Shown here piece by piece: positions 13,862 through 26,050 of a stretch of 64,000 bases of DNA (positions are counted from its first letter, which is position 1; every line of letters begins with the position of its first letter). The stretch comes from Lama glama (taxonomy: Eukaryota): assembly GCA_028534125.1 (NCBI GenBank), contig CM052816.1, forward strand, positions 72,728,001 through 72,792,000, written 5' to 3'. The translations under genes were made by a program, and so were the position numbers. The notes under the pieces were generated by a model. The model was not told the DNA's origin. It was given only the letters and a program-made list of their open reading frames with translations, and searched no databases.

Positions 13862-14080
13862 TGGGGTGTTGGTTAGAAAACAAGGTTTTGGCAATAGAAT
13901 AGATTTGAATATGGCTCCAATTCTTCTAGCTTGGTAAAATTTGGTAAGTTATCTAATTTTAATGGCCTGTTGTTTGCTCATCTGTGAAATGGAGATAATT
14001 AGATAATACAAATCTTGAGACTTTTTTGAGGATTAAAAGTGTAAGCACTTATAATATTAATCAATATGTAATAGCTGTGC
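13862..14080 (+). mobile_element. MIR SINE
   Basis: Core ttggtaagttatctaatttt...gtttgctcatctgtgaaatggagataat...gaggattaaa. Confidence 0.8.
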
Positions 14081-15244
14081 TTCCTCCTGTTGCAAAACCC
14101 ATGAAGAAGGATAATTTCCAAATCTGTTTCTGAACATGTGGAGTTACCACTGCTGACTCTATCTGCCTGTGTTTCTTCTGTTACTTCTGTTACTTGGAAA
14201 TACTTGATCTTGTCCTTTGGTATACTCCCTAGTATGCAGAGCTAAGAAGCATAACACTATCATCTTTTCCCCATTTTCTTCTTTGCTAACACTGAAATTT
14301 TTTTCTACATATGTGAATAAATTTCCTTTCAACTCTTCTTCAGAGAAAAAGAGGTAATAGCTTTTATAAAAAAAATTACAAATTAATCCTTAGTCTAAAG
14401 CACTATTGAATGACTGGCTTCGTTAAACCATAAGCATTTCCCTACTGCAAAAGTTGTTGGGAACTTATAAAATGGAAATTCTTTGTAATGATTCAAATAA
14501 GGTGAAAACAGTTTTATTGCTTAATGAGCAATAAGACTAAAAATTCACTTTGTTATTGATGTCTCTACTTTCATCATTTTTGTTGTAGTAATCCCTCCCA
14601 AAATTTTTATTGTACATCCGAAAGAAAAAGGAGACAAATCAGGAAACTGGAGGAGAGAAGGGGAGAGGAAAAGAACATGGTTTTCATTCAGGGTTTAACA
14701 GTAGTGATAGTCATTTGCCTAAGTAGAAAGAACTGGAAATAAAGTGTGCTTAAGAGATATTCACAAGGCAGAAAAACATCACTTATTTGAAGTAAACAGA
14801 TTCTTTTAGAGCCTGTATTGAAGTACAAACCAATCAACTGCTTTCGAATATTTTCTTAGAACATTTTTTTTCCATCAACAAATGTAGTAAGTGATAACAT
14901 AAGGATGCTAAGCAGAAAACTAGCATATCTGAGTGAAATCTCTCAGGAAGTGAGGGCATATGTGTGGGTAATGAGTTTACCAGAACTGGGTTTTGGCCAC
15001 GACTCCAAAGGCCAGGCTTCCAGTTGCCAAACTGCCACCTGTGCCCTACATACCACAGGTGTTCAGGCCTTCAGAGCAGCTCCTCTTCCTAATGATTTCT
15101 GGGCCAGTAGCTCCCACACACCCAGCATGGTCTCCTCACTGAATCGATACTCACTTCTGCACCAAACATTGACTTTCACCTTGACTTTGAACATTTTCTA
15201 ATCTCTTTTTTTAAAGTTCTAACATAGTAAAAGTGTAAGCTTTC

Positions 15245-15698
15245 TATCAGTTAGGAATAGGTTCAGCTCTTCTTATTAGAGATCCAAAATAGCACGAGAG
15301 GCCAGGGGAGACATGGCAGCTCCGTGCCCCAGCTCAGGGACCCAGACCAGTTCTCTCTCATTCCTCCAACCTAGCCTGAGGTGTCCATTATTAAGTTTAC
15401 ATTACAATCACAATAAGACTGCTGGAACCCTCACCTTCTTGTCCTTCTTGTGAAGGGAAGAAGGGGAAGGTCAAGATGTGAGCTTCCTCTGAGTCACTTC
15501 CCTTCCTTTCTGAAAGAGCTTTCCTGGAAGCCCCGATGAAGTACTTCTGTTTATATTTTATTGCCTGCTTCTATCTATGAGGGAGCCTGAAAAATATACT
15601 TTATAACTAAAAACACTTCTGACACTATCAAAATGAAGTTACTTTGAGGAAGAAAGGGTGAAGGGCTCTTGGATAGGCAACCAAGGGTTTCTACCATA
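15245..15698. mobile_element. MaLR (MLT1-type) solo LTR, old
   Basis: tatcagttaggaataggttcagct...ctcagggacccag...ggataggcaaccaagggtttctaccata resembles old MLT1 LTRs. Confidence 0.6.
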
Positions 15699-15704
15699 CC
15701 TTTT

Positions 15705-15784
15705 TCTTTTTCTTCTTTTTAAATTGAAATGTAGTTGATTTACAATATTGTATTAGTTCCGGGTGTACAGCAAAGCAATTCAGT

Positions 15785-15815
<31 letters not shown>

Positions 15816-16045
15816 TTTTCAGACTATTTTCCATTATAGATTATTTTAAGATATTAAATATAGTTCCCTGTGCTATACAGTATATTTTTGTTGCTTATCT
15901 ATTGTATGTATAGTAGTTTGTATCTGCTAATCCAAACTCCTAATTTATCCCCCCTCCCTCCTTTCCCCTTTGGTAACCATAGATTTGTTTTATGTGTCTG
16001 TGAGTAAATTTCTATTTTGCATATAGGTTCATTTGTTTATGTTTA
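15705..16045 (-). mobile_element. L1 3' UTR fragment with an internal (TA)n
   Basis: T-tract, then aattgaaatgtagttgatttacaatattg...ttccctgtgctatacag...cccctttggtaaccat. (TA)n at about 15786-15811. Confidence 0.9.
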
Positions 16046-16729
16046 AACTAGATCAAGTATCTAAAAATGCTTCCAGAAATAAATAGAGCTAGTAGCTTCT
16101 ATATAGCTGTGCCTTATCTTAGGGACAATATACGTATACCAATGACATTCAAAGTTCAGTTTGCATGAGAACATAATAGGGGTTTGTATAAAATACAGCT
16201 TCCAGAGGTTCTGGCCCACAGGGCTAGTGAGGCTCAGAAATCTCTTTGAGGTCCCCAAACCATCTTAGAGTTATTGACAGCCCCTGGCTATGTTGCTGTG
16301 GACAGTCTTCTTTTTGAATTTTTTCAACCGTATTAAGTCCAGAATTTCTATTAGAGCTTAAGGGTAGGGATCTTTTTAAGGGGGAGAGGGGATGTACAGA
16401 GTGTTGGCAGCTACAGAGGCAAAGCCTTTTACATAAAATTGAGACAGGCCTCTATATGAGAGAAGTGGGCAGACACGATTTGTGGGTGGGGAGCATGAAG
16501 CCCCTTTCCCTGCCGTTTGGGGCTGTCGCTATTTGTGAACCTACTTACCTTCTAATTCCAGACTTTGCAACACATGGAAGATCAGCAAATCACTGAAATG
16601 CTTCAAACTCAGCCTTTGTCTTTTTTTTCATCTTTGCCAGGTTCTTGATGCTAGTGGAGTCAGAATTTAATTTATCAGATGAATGTTAGCAAAGCAAGAA
16701 GTAGCCAATCGGCCAGTTGAAAGGAGAAT

Positions 16730-17020
16730 GAAAACAATAAGCCTAATCAAGATCACTTATTGGGTGCCTATCAAATGCTTATCTTCAGTGCTTTGTTTTT
16801 TTGTTGTTTGTTTGTTTGTTTGTCTGAGGATTTCAGTTAATCCTCAGTTACAGTCCTTCAAAGTAGATATTTTATCCATTAAAAAATGAGGAAACAGAGA
16901 CCCTGAGAGTAAACTAAAAATTCAAACTTACAGTTGGTAACAGATAAAGACAGATTCATACCTGGATGAATGAATGAACTTCAAAGCCATGTTCCTTTGA
17001 CTCTGCCTTACTGCTTCTTC
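16730..17020 (-). mobile_element. MIR SINE
   Basis: tccattaaaaaatgaggaaacagagaccctgagag...cagttggtaacagataaagacagattcatacctgg. Confidence 0.75.
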
Positions 17021-18016
17021 AATGGGAGAAGGAGGGAGACCAAAACCCCGAAGTCTGATAATCCTCCTCTCCCTACCTTAACGATATTGTGTCCACCTCC
17101 TAATTGACTGGCATAAAGGGGAAGAAGGGGATTGCAAAAGAAAAATGGAATCACTGCATACATGTGGCAGAAAGTAAGCTAGGAAAGCCTGTCACAAGTA
17201 CACTTCCCAGGTGAGTTCTTATGTCACTCTTTATTCCAGATCCTTCCTCAACATCCCGGATCATTTCCTTTTAACCCCAGTTGCCAAGTCACAGTTCAGG
17301 TTCCTTCTCATCCATCCGTCCTCCCGGTAGCAGCCCAACCGCAATCTTCAGTCATGTCTGAAATGAGTCCTCATTCCTCTCCAAACTCAGTAAGCGCTTT
17401 CAGGTTTGATCCTAGCTACTTTCATCATTCTGCATCCAGTGCCTTCCTTCTTTCCATCTGACTGAAATATGAGAAAATGCAAGTAAGTGCTCTGCACCTA
17501 ACCAAACTAATATCTAGCTTTAAACTCTATTAGAAGAATCATTGAAATCCATATTGCTTAAATCCCTCATTTTTCTGTCAGGAGAGGAAGGTGATGTACA
17601 TATCCTTGTTGTGTTCATGACTGAAGTCAGCAGCCACTGATGCTAATTTCTCTTCTGCCACTACCTCGCCTACATTGTTCTTCTGTTGGTCTCCTAATGG
17701 GATGGGTCAACACTAGGTTATGTTTTGCTGCTCTGTTGACATAATTTCTCTTATCTTCATCTTTTTTTTTTTTCAACCTGAGCTGTCATGTAGCTCTTCC
17801 TGAACTGTCAGACCCTAGTAAGGCAGTACAGTATGGTTATTCAGCTCTTTTCTCTGCCGTTAACAAACTGAATAAACTTGCAGACAATGTTTAAACTCTT
17901 CCTTCTCATCCTCCACCCTTTTCTTCTCCTTCTTCCTCTTCCTTTTATTCTTAATATTACTATTATTGTAATTTTGCTTGGATTTGTAAAAATGGAATAT
18001 ATTTTAGCTGGGATAA

Positions 18017-18066
18017 TATTTTATTTTATTTTATTTTATTTTATTTTATTTTATTTTATTTTATTC
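18017..18066. repeat. (ATTTT)n pentanucleotide microsatellite
   Basis: About 9-10 consecutive ATTTT units. Confidence 0.95.
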
Positions 18067-18569
18067 TATTCATTTATTTATTTTTGCCAGGATGAATCCA
18101 TTTTAATTATTAGGGAATTAACTTTGGAAATATCCCCTCTCCCTTCTCCATGCTCCTGCCCCGGGGCATGTCCGTTCTAGTTTGGGCAGGAAGCCCCTTC
18201 TCCTAGAATAATTTATTATTTCTAAGTAAATAAAACGAAGTAAAATATCTTTCAGTTGTACTCTTGTATCCTCTGTAGACACATGCCCTTGAAAAAAAAT
18301 AGTTTGGTTTATTAAATCACAAAGAGTATCTGGAAAATATGAAGTGAATGTGAAATTGTTGAATATTTGCTGTAAAGTAGCCTAACAAGATCATTTTAGA
18401 AAAATAATAATCATAAGCCACTAATAATAAAAATAGTAATAATAAGCCACTAATATTTTAATTATATTAAATACTTTTTGCCAGGATTATTTTCAGCATA
18501 TTGAAAATATATATTCAAATAATAAGAAGAACCACCACTAGTCACTAAATGCGTATTGCTGCAAAAGTG

Positions 18570-18725
18570 TTATTTCACTTACTAATCAACATAATTTAAG
18601 TTGAGGATTTTGTCCTCATTTTATAGGTCAAGAGACTGAGGTTTAGGGAGATTAAGTCATTTACTGCCTCTCATTCAGGAAGTGGCAGAGTCATGAGTCA
18701 AACCATGATTTCAGACTCTAAAAAT
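18570..18725 (-). mobile_element. MIR SINE
   Basis: ctcattttataggtcaagagactgaggtttagggagattaagtcatttac...ggaagtggcagagtcatgagtcaaacc. Confidence 0.8.
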
Positions 18726-20129
18726 CTATACAAAATATGAAATTCACATTACCTTTGAAATATGCTGTCTCAGAACATACACTAAAACTCTAAATACATT
18801 CAAAATAATTCAGATAAATTCATGACTGCTGGATTTCAGTGGGCCTGTAAAGGAACAGTTGACAGCAATGTAATATAGCAGGGGAAAACATGCTTTTTCA
18901 CAGTAGACTCACTTTTTTGCTCTCTTTCTCTATCACAAAGAGAAAGTCACTAGCATAAGCCATTAATCTAACTCCTGTTCTGAATAAACACTTGGTTTAC
19001 ATTTGACAACATAAATTTCTGTAAGCTCCATCAAACACGGAGCTTTGGGGATTTTTAGATCAACTTTAATATTTTCATGGGTGATGGACTGTTTCCTCTT
19101 TCCTGACAGTAGTTACTATTGCTAGCACAAAGTTTGTTTGGCAGTATCGCTGAGCACATAGTCTTTACTAGATAGAGGGCTCCTCCGTATGGCTGGGACA
19201 GCATTCTCTCCTGGGGAAACCAGCTCTGAAAATAAAAACTGGGGAAAATACTGATCAAGCCAGTATGGGAAAATGGTGGTGAAAACAGTCAAAAAGATGA
19301 CCATTTTCCCACGATAATTTATTTTGCTTTTAAGAAGGAGGATTTTAGAGTGCCTTAAGTTTTATTCACAATGGCTGTACCAATCGTCTCCTTTGTATTT
19401 TAGAAGATATTCTAGCATTATCTGGAAGATCAGAGTTAAATCATCTTATTTTTTTTTTCTATTCTGCAAGCAGGATATGTACAGGCCAAAGATAACTGTT
19501 GCTATGCAGTTGCAGCTGACTTTGACACTTTCTCACGCATTTCAGCCCACCTCAATTCATTTTTTTTTAATATATGAAATGATTCCAAATTTAAGTGACC
19601 ACAGAACTAAAACTATACTGCCATATTACCCGAGGGAGGAAAAATGTCTCTTTTGTTAGACTCTCATTTTGATAATCTGACCCTCATTGCAACTTCCTGA
19701 GCAATATGATAAACCAATGGGTTTTAGTTTATAAATCCACTCTATTGCATTGACGCTACTTCAACTCTAAACTTTTCTCTATAATGAAAGAGTTAGAAAA
19801 TTTTTAAAAACTTAAATGATTCTCTAATTATAAAATATAAGATAATTAAAAGGATTTCATATTCTACAAATGTAGAAAAATGTGATAAAATACATGTTAC
19901 TGTCAATCTAATTATGATTATCATACTCATTTTATGTACTTTCTAGTCCTTTTTTTCCAGATATTAATTTACTTTTTAAAAAAATGTCATTGGTCTTCAG
20001 CGGTGTGTCTTGGGTTACCTTTCCTCAGCTTCTAAACTTCATGTCTCTGAGGCTGAGACCTCACTGAAGGATGACTTTGTCTAATTATTTGTCCAGAAAT
20101 TTATTTTTTCCCTTAAATTATGAAATCAT

Positions 20130-20790
20130 GAGTTATGGGCTACCAGTTATCATGACCATAAAAACCGCAGTGGCTTCCAAATTCTTACCTCTTGCCACAT
20201 CCCTTTTCTGAATGTCATATTCAGATTTTCCAAATGCCATGGATATTTCCAAGGGGGTAAACTCTGGGCAATTTAATGTCAGATTGCACAAAACTGAAAT
20301 TCTATTATTTTTTCCTCTGAAAACTGCTTTATTTTTTCTATATTGGATATTGGATATTTCCACTCACCCAAATACCTCCACTAGAAACATGGGAGCCACT
20401 TTGTCTCTTTACTCTTTTGTCTTCTGCATCCATCCAGTTCACCATCAAGAGCTGTCAGTTCTTTAAATTGCTTTTAATCCCTCTGCCACTGATTCAGACT
20501 ACATTATCTCAAGCTTAGTCATACAACAACAGTTTAAAATCAATGCCATTTTAGCTATATTTTCTCCTTTGTAAACCATTCTCCAGTGTAGTTAAAGGAG
20601 TGGTATTTTAAAACAATTGTATCTAGTCATTTCATTCCCCTTTTTAAAAGTCAATATTCTTATTTTCCTATGTAAGGCTTCTGGAGCCATTCATACTTGA
20701 AGGTTTCAATATCATCTTTCATCACAGCCCATGCTTTCCTTCCTGATACCCTCTCCTCTTCGTTACTCTACATTTCGATACTTTATACTG
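20130..20790 (+). mobile_element. L2 fragment
   Basis: catccatccagttcaccatcaagagctgtcagttc...ctctgccactgattcagactacattatctc, a typical L2 3' ORF region. Confidence 0.65.
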
Positions 20791-20809
20791 AATTGTTTTA
20801 AAAATTTCT

Positions 20810-21056
20810 TTCTTTATTGAAGTATATAGTCAGTTACAATGTGTCAATTTCTGGTGTACAGCATGATGTCCCACTCATGAATATACATATATATATTCAT
20901 TTTCATATTCTTTTTCATTAAAGGTTATTACAAGATAGCAAACAATCTTATGGTTACTGTAGGAAAGTGGGTGGGAAGGGATAACTTTGGAAGTTAGAGA
21001 TTTGCAAATGATAACCACTGTATATAAAAATTAAAAAAAAAAACAAATTCAATATC
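20810..21056 (-). mobile_element. 5'-inverted (twin-primed) L1 insertion
   Basis: Antisense L1 3' end (20810-20937) joined to a sense-oriented upstream 3'UTR piece (20940-21056). 13-bp TSD TTTAAAAATTTCT at 20797-20809 and 21057-21069. Confidence 0.88.
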
Positions 21057-21544
21057 TTTAAAAATTTCTAATATACCAGGGTCTCACTTCTAGGTTCTCT
21101 ACCAGCTCATCTCTCTGTTTAGCTTATTTTATCATTCAGTGATAAAATATTTTTCCCTCAGGTCTTCCTCGGTGTCCAATCCCACCACCACTTGGATTAG
21201 CTAACTTTTTGACATCAGTTAGGTTCTTGTTTTCCTCCACAAAATCGACACACATACACACTCCACAAGCGTTACTTCTTTGACTTTATTTTCTGGGAAA
21301 ATTCTTCTCCTTCCATTATAAAACCACATTGGTCGCCTAGCAATTTTTTTTTAACATGCCAGATATGTAGCCGCGTCAGGGCTTTTACAGTCATTGGCTG
21401 ACCTCTCTCGCTGCTGTGATTCTTTTCTTCCAGAACTGACTGACTCTGCCACCTCATTTGAGCCATTCAAGCCGTTAATAATCCCAGTTTTTTCTGCAGG
21501 TGCCCAACCCTTGCCCGCCTCTAGCCAAGTCACTTGCATTTACT

Positions 21545-21755
21545 GATCTCTCTAACATCACTCTTCTCTTCCAGTTTTGTTTGCCTAAGACTTATAATGG
21601 TCTTTCTAACATACTACATAATTTAAGTATTTTTTTGTTTATTCTGTATCGTACCCTCTTCTCCTCCATTAGAATGTAAGCTTCCTGAGAATGAATATCT
21701 TTGTCCATTTTGTTCACTGATGTATCCTGAGAGCCATAGGTAAATATCTGAACAC
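21545..21755 (+). mobile_element. L2 3' end
   Basis: ccattagaatgtaagcttcctgagaatg...ttttgttcactgatgtatcc...taaatatctgaa. Confidence 0.8.
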
Positions 21756-22819
21756 AGCTCTGAGCATTTTCACAGAGCTAACTCTCGTGTATTAAGTGAT
21801 TATTTCAAAGTACATGGAATAATTTGAAACTGATGCATTGTTGTCAATCTTTATATCAATTTATAGCCCAAGCAATAGTGAATGAATCCACTTTTCCATG
21901 TCTTCAATAGGAAAAAATATTCCAAACTAACATGTATTATTAGTGGGGAATATCTTATTTCAAAATGTTAAATAATTTTTCATTACTCATAGATTGAACA
22001 TTTCTTGTATTTTTAATCAGTGAAATTAATTTTTTCTTTCGTGAAACACTTTCATAATCTTTGCATAATTTTCTGTTTGGATGTTGGCATTTTCCTTGTA
22101 TCTTTGTGATACATTTTTGCGTGTTAATTACATTATCTTTAACTTGAAAATGTTTGATTAAAACTTATTGCCATTTTTCTAATAATTTATCTTCTGCCTT
22201 TTTTTGTTTATGGCCTATGCTAGCTTCATAAACACTCATTACCAAGTTTACCAACAAAGTAAAGAGATTTTGTTTTTCTCTTGGCCTTTTCTTTCTATTG
22301 TTCTTTTGTACAAGACTTGCTTTTGACTTTGAAGGTTTTATCTTTGCCTGTTATTTCTCAAAGCACTTGGGTATTTCCTTTTGTCATATTTCTTCTGCAG
22401 ACTAACTTAAATCACCATTCTGAATGAAAAGATTGTTTTCCTCAAGATTCACTTTACAAACAACATCCCTGCGCCCGTAACCTTGAGCAATATAGGTATG
22501 ATATCATAGTCTATTACCACCTCTCCCCTTTGGCCAAATTCCAGATCTTCTCAATAAAGTAATGAAACAGAGGTTTTCTGTTTCTGCAGAGAATGGTTTA
22601 ATTGGTTTTGAGAAATGATGATATAATGCAAAGTGTTGTGGTTGACACGGTGCTGATTTATACCATGTGATAAGATTTTGAAATTAGGTTGGATGTCGTG
22701 TCCTGATGTGTTTATGAGGGCTCAATTAGGTATGTCTTAAGATGGCATAAATATATCCTGGGAATAGTGTGGAGTGAAATCAACTAGATATATGATCTTG
22801 CAAATTTGTTTATTCTTAT

Positions 22820-23130
22820 ATTTTAAAATTAGCAAATATTTACTCCTCTGTATGCAAAACTAAAAATACATGTAAAGTACTAGAAATATTGAGAAACAAA
22901 CCGTAGTCCTTCTGTACATGAGCATACGGTGTTATGAAGAGGACAGAGAAATAAACAGTCAATTACGCATCAGCAAAATAAATGCTAAAATAAAGCAGGA
23001 GGGTGCTGTGGAGACACATAAGGAAGGGTTTCCCATACAATCCCCAGGAGTACAGGGAAGGTTATTTAGAGGGGGTAAAGCTATGCTGAGATCGAGTTTG
23101 CAAAGGAGTTAAGTGAAATTGTAGAGAAGA
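22820..23130 (-). mobile_element. L2 3' fragment
   Basis: agcaaatatttact...gggtgctgtggagacacataaggaaggg...ctgagatcgagtttgcaaagga. Confidence 0.6.
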
Positions 23131-24525
23131 TGAAAAAAAGGGGCAAGAAATCCACAGTCAAACATGGCCACTTCAAAGTTTTTGTCTAAATGATAAAATG
23201 ATGAGATATTTTAAAGAAGTTTTAAAACAAGTGGTGGTGTAAATATGACTTGTGCACACTATTTGTTGTTGGGTTTTTTTCTGAGCTCATTCTAGATGCA
23301 TAGATAAGTCATTTGCAAATTACATTTCAGTTTGTAGATATTACAGCTTAGTCCCGTTTTCAGTTTTCATTATTAATAAAGAAGTCTATTAGAAAGAATA
23401 AAATTCTATGTTATTAGATGTAGGAAAAAACTACTTTGTTTTTCCAGTTTGTAATTGTTTTATATAAGTATAAAGTTGTTTTCTATTGAATAAAAAATGT
23501 TTTGCTGAAAAATATAATTAAGGTTTGTGCACATTCCAATTTATAGCTCTTATCTTCTGTCTTTGGGGAAATATATATACATATATGAACATTTATATAT
23601 GTATATAGATATAAAATCTCCAAAATGTAATAAAAGGGATGTATCACAAACCATGTTTATCATTGTATCCTAGTTTCAGTAAAGATGATGAATTTAAGGA
23701 CAAGTTTATATAGTAAATTTAAATAGCTATAAATTAAGACAATACTGTTAATAAATAGCAGGAAATTATTTTTAAATGCAAAATTGCATTGTCCTTATCT
23801 AAAGGAATGTTAATTCCACTCAGAACTAAATAGAATCATACTTTGCAGTAAATTCTGGTGTGCATATTTTATAATATTACAATTATGTCACAGTGGAAAG
23901 ATGTTTGTTTCATAATCTTTCATAGTGACAAGTGGATCATGAGTTTTCTATTCAAAATACATCATCCACTTAAATTGCAAAGAAGACAAGCCTTTTTCTA
24001 TTAGCTTCAATGAACAGTTTTTAAAAATATTTTCATAAATTATGATAAGCAACTTGACAATCATTAGAGTTTGTGCATTTTAGTTTTGATACTTCAAAGA
24101 GTAAATAAATTCTAAAACTAAATTTTAGTTCAAAAAATGTATATAAGCCAAAATAAATATGCCTTTCCCTTGTATACTTTATATGCTGATTGGGTAAGGC
24201 ATATACATATCATTGTAAGGGCACTGTGAGATATTTAACTGGCAGATTTTAGATTAATTTAAGCTGGTTTCAACAAAATATAACCCCCAAAATTTCTTTT
24301 TTATTCAAGATGATCAGGATGTCAAAGGTAAAAATATGTATTACAAATGTAAGAAAAAATACACTCACATTTGCACACACACCTCTCAAAATATTTTGAA
24401 AGTAAAAGCCAGTTGCAAGGTCAAAGAAATTCATCACAGTGAATAATAAAAGCATTCAAGGCAGTGGAAGTACTAGTCCTTAATTTTTATAATTGTGATA
24501 GTCAAGGGATTTATTCTCTTTGGCT

Positions 24526-26050
24526 ACCCTGAATTGTCAAAATAATCTTAAGGAAAAAAGAACAAAGCTGGAGGTATCGTGCTTTCTGACTTCAGACATA
24601 CTGCAAAGCTACAGTAATCAAATAGCATGGTACTGGCACAAAAAGCAGACACATAGATCAATGGGACAGAATAGAGAGCCCAGAAGTAAACCCATGCATT
24701 TATAGTCAATTAACCTACAACAAATGAGGCATGAATACACAATGGAGAAAAGACAGTCTCTTTAATATGCAGTTCTGGGAAACCTGGACAGCTCCATATA
24801 AAAGAATGAGATTAAAACATTCTCTAACACTATATACAAAAATAAACTCAAAATGGATTAAAGACTTACATTTAAAACCTGAAAACATAAATCTTCTAGA
24901 AGGAAACATAGGCAGAATACTCTTTGACATAAGTCATAGCACTAATTTTTTGGATTCGTCTCCTAAGGCAAAAGAAATATAAACAAGAATAAAACAAATG
25001 GGACCTAATTAAACTTAAAAGTTTTTGCACAGTGAAGGAAACCATCAACAAAAAACAAAATGACAACCTACTGACTGAGAGAAAATATTTGCAAATTATG
25101 TGACCAATAAAGAGTAATGTCCAAAATATACAAACAGCTCATACAAGTCAATATCAAAGAACCAAACAACCCCATTAAAAATGGATAGATGACCTAAATA
25201 GACATTTTTCCAAAGAAGACATACAGATAGCCAATAGGCATATGAAAAGATACTAAATATCATTAATCTCAGAGAAAACTACAATGAGATATCATCTCAC
25301 ACATGTTAGAATGGCAATTGTCAAAAAGACCACAAATGACAAACGTTGGCAAGGTTGTGGAGAAAAGAGAACCCTTGCACCATTGATAGGAATGTAAATT
25401 GGTGCAGCCACTATAGAAACTAGTATGGATGTTCCTCAAAAAAATAAAAACAGAAAAACAGAACAACCATATGATCCAACAATTCCACTCCTGGGTATAG
25501 GAGGAAATGAAGACACTCATTTGAAAAAATACCTGTACCCCAATGTTCACAGCATTATTTACCATAGCCGAAATACGGAAGCAACCTAAGTGTCCATCAT
25601 CAAGGGAGTGGATAAAGTTGAGGTATATATACACAATGGAATATTACTCAGCCATAAAAATGAATGAAATTCTGCCATTTGCAACAAAGTGAATGGACCT
25701 AGAGAATGTTATGCTTAGTGAAATAAGTCAGGCAGAAAAAGTCAAATATTCATATTATCATGTATATATGGAATCTTAAAAAAAAGCAAGTAAATGAAAA
25801 AGTCAAATACTCATATTATCATGTATATATGGAATCTTAAAAAAAAGCAAGTAAATGAAAAAGTCAAATACTCATATTATCATGTATATATGGAATCTAA
25901 AAAAAAAGCAAGTAAATGAAAAAGTCAAATACTCATATTATCATGTATATATGGAATCTTAAAAAAAAGCAAGTGAATGTGTATAACAAAACAGGAACAG
26001 ACTTACAGATATAGAGAGCAAGCATACTCCAATAAAATTTTTTTAAAAAT
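24526..26050 (+). mobile_element. 5'-truncated L1: decayed ORF2 C-terminus plus 3' UTR
   Basis: The ORF track shows frameshifted ORF2 peptides (AWYWHK; KDSLFN...LYTKINSKWIKDL). Followed by L1 3'UTR text and caataaaa at about 26030. Confidence 0.95.
25735..25978. repeat. 4 x 61-bp tandem array inside L1
   Basis: Units start at 25735, 25796, 25857 and 25918: gaaaaagtcaaatactcatattatcatgtatatatggaatcttaaaaaaaagcaagtaaat. Confidence 0.97.

Noticed and set aside
17878..18180. Hydrophobic ORF resembling a membrane peptide
   Set aside because: The FYFIL repeats are the ATTTT microsatellite; there is no other coding signal.
24520..24982. Functional L1 ORF2 or reverse transcriptase gene
   Set aside because: It is 5'-truncated, frameshifted and interrupted by stops.
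25735..25978. CRISPR-like array
   Set aside because: The units are contiguous with no unique spacers, derive from L1 and sit in a mammalian context.
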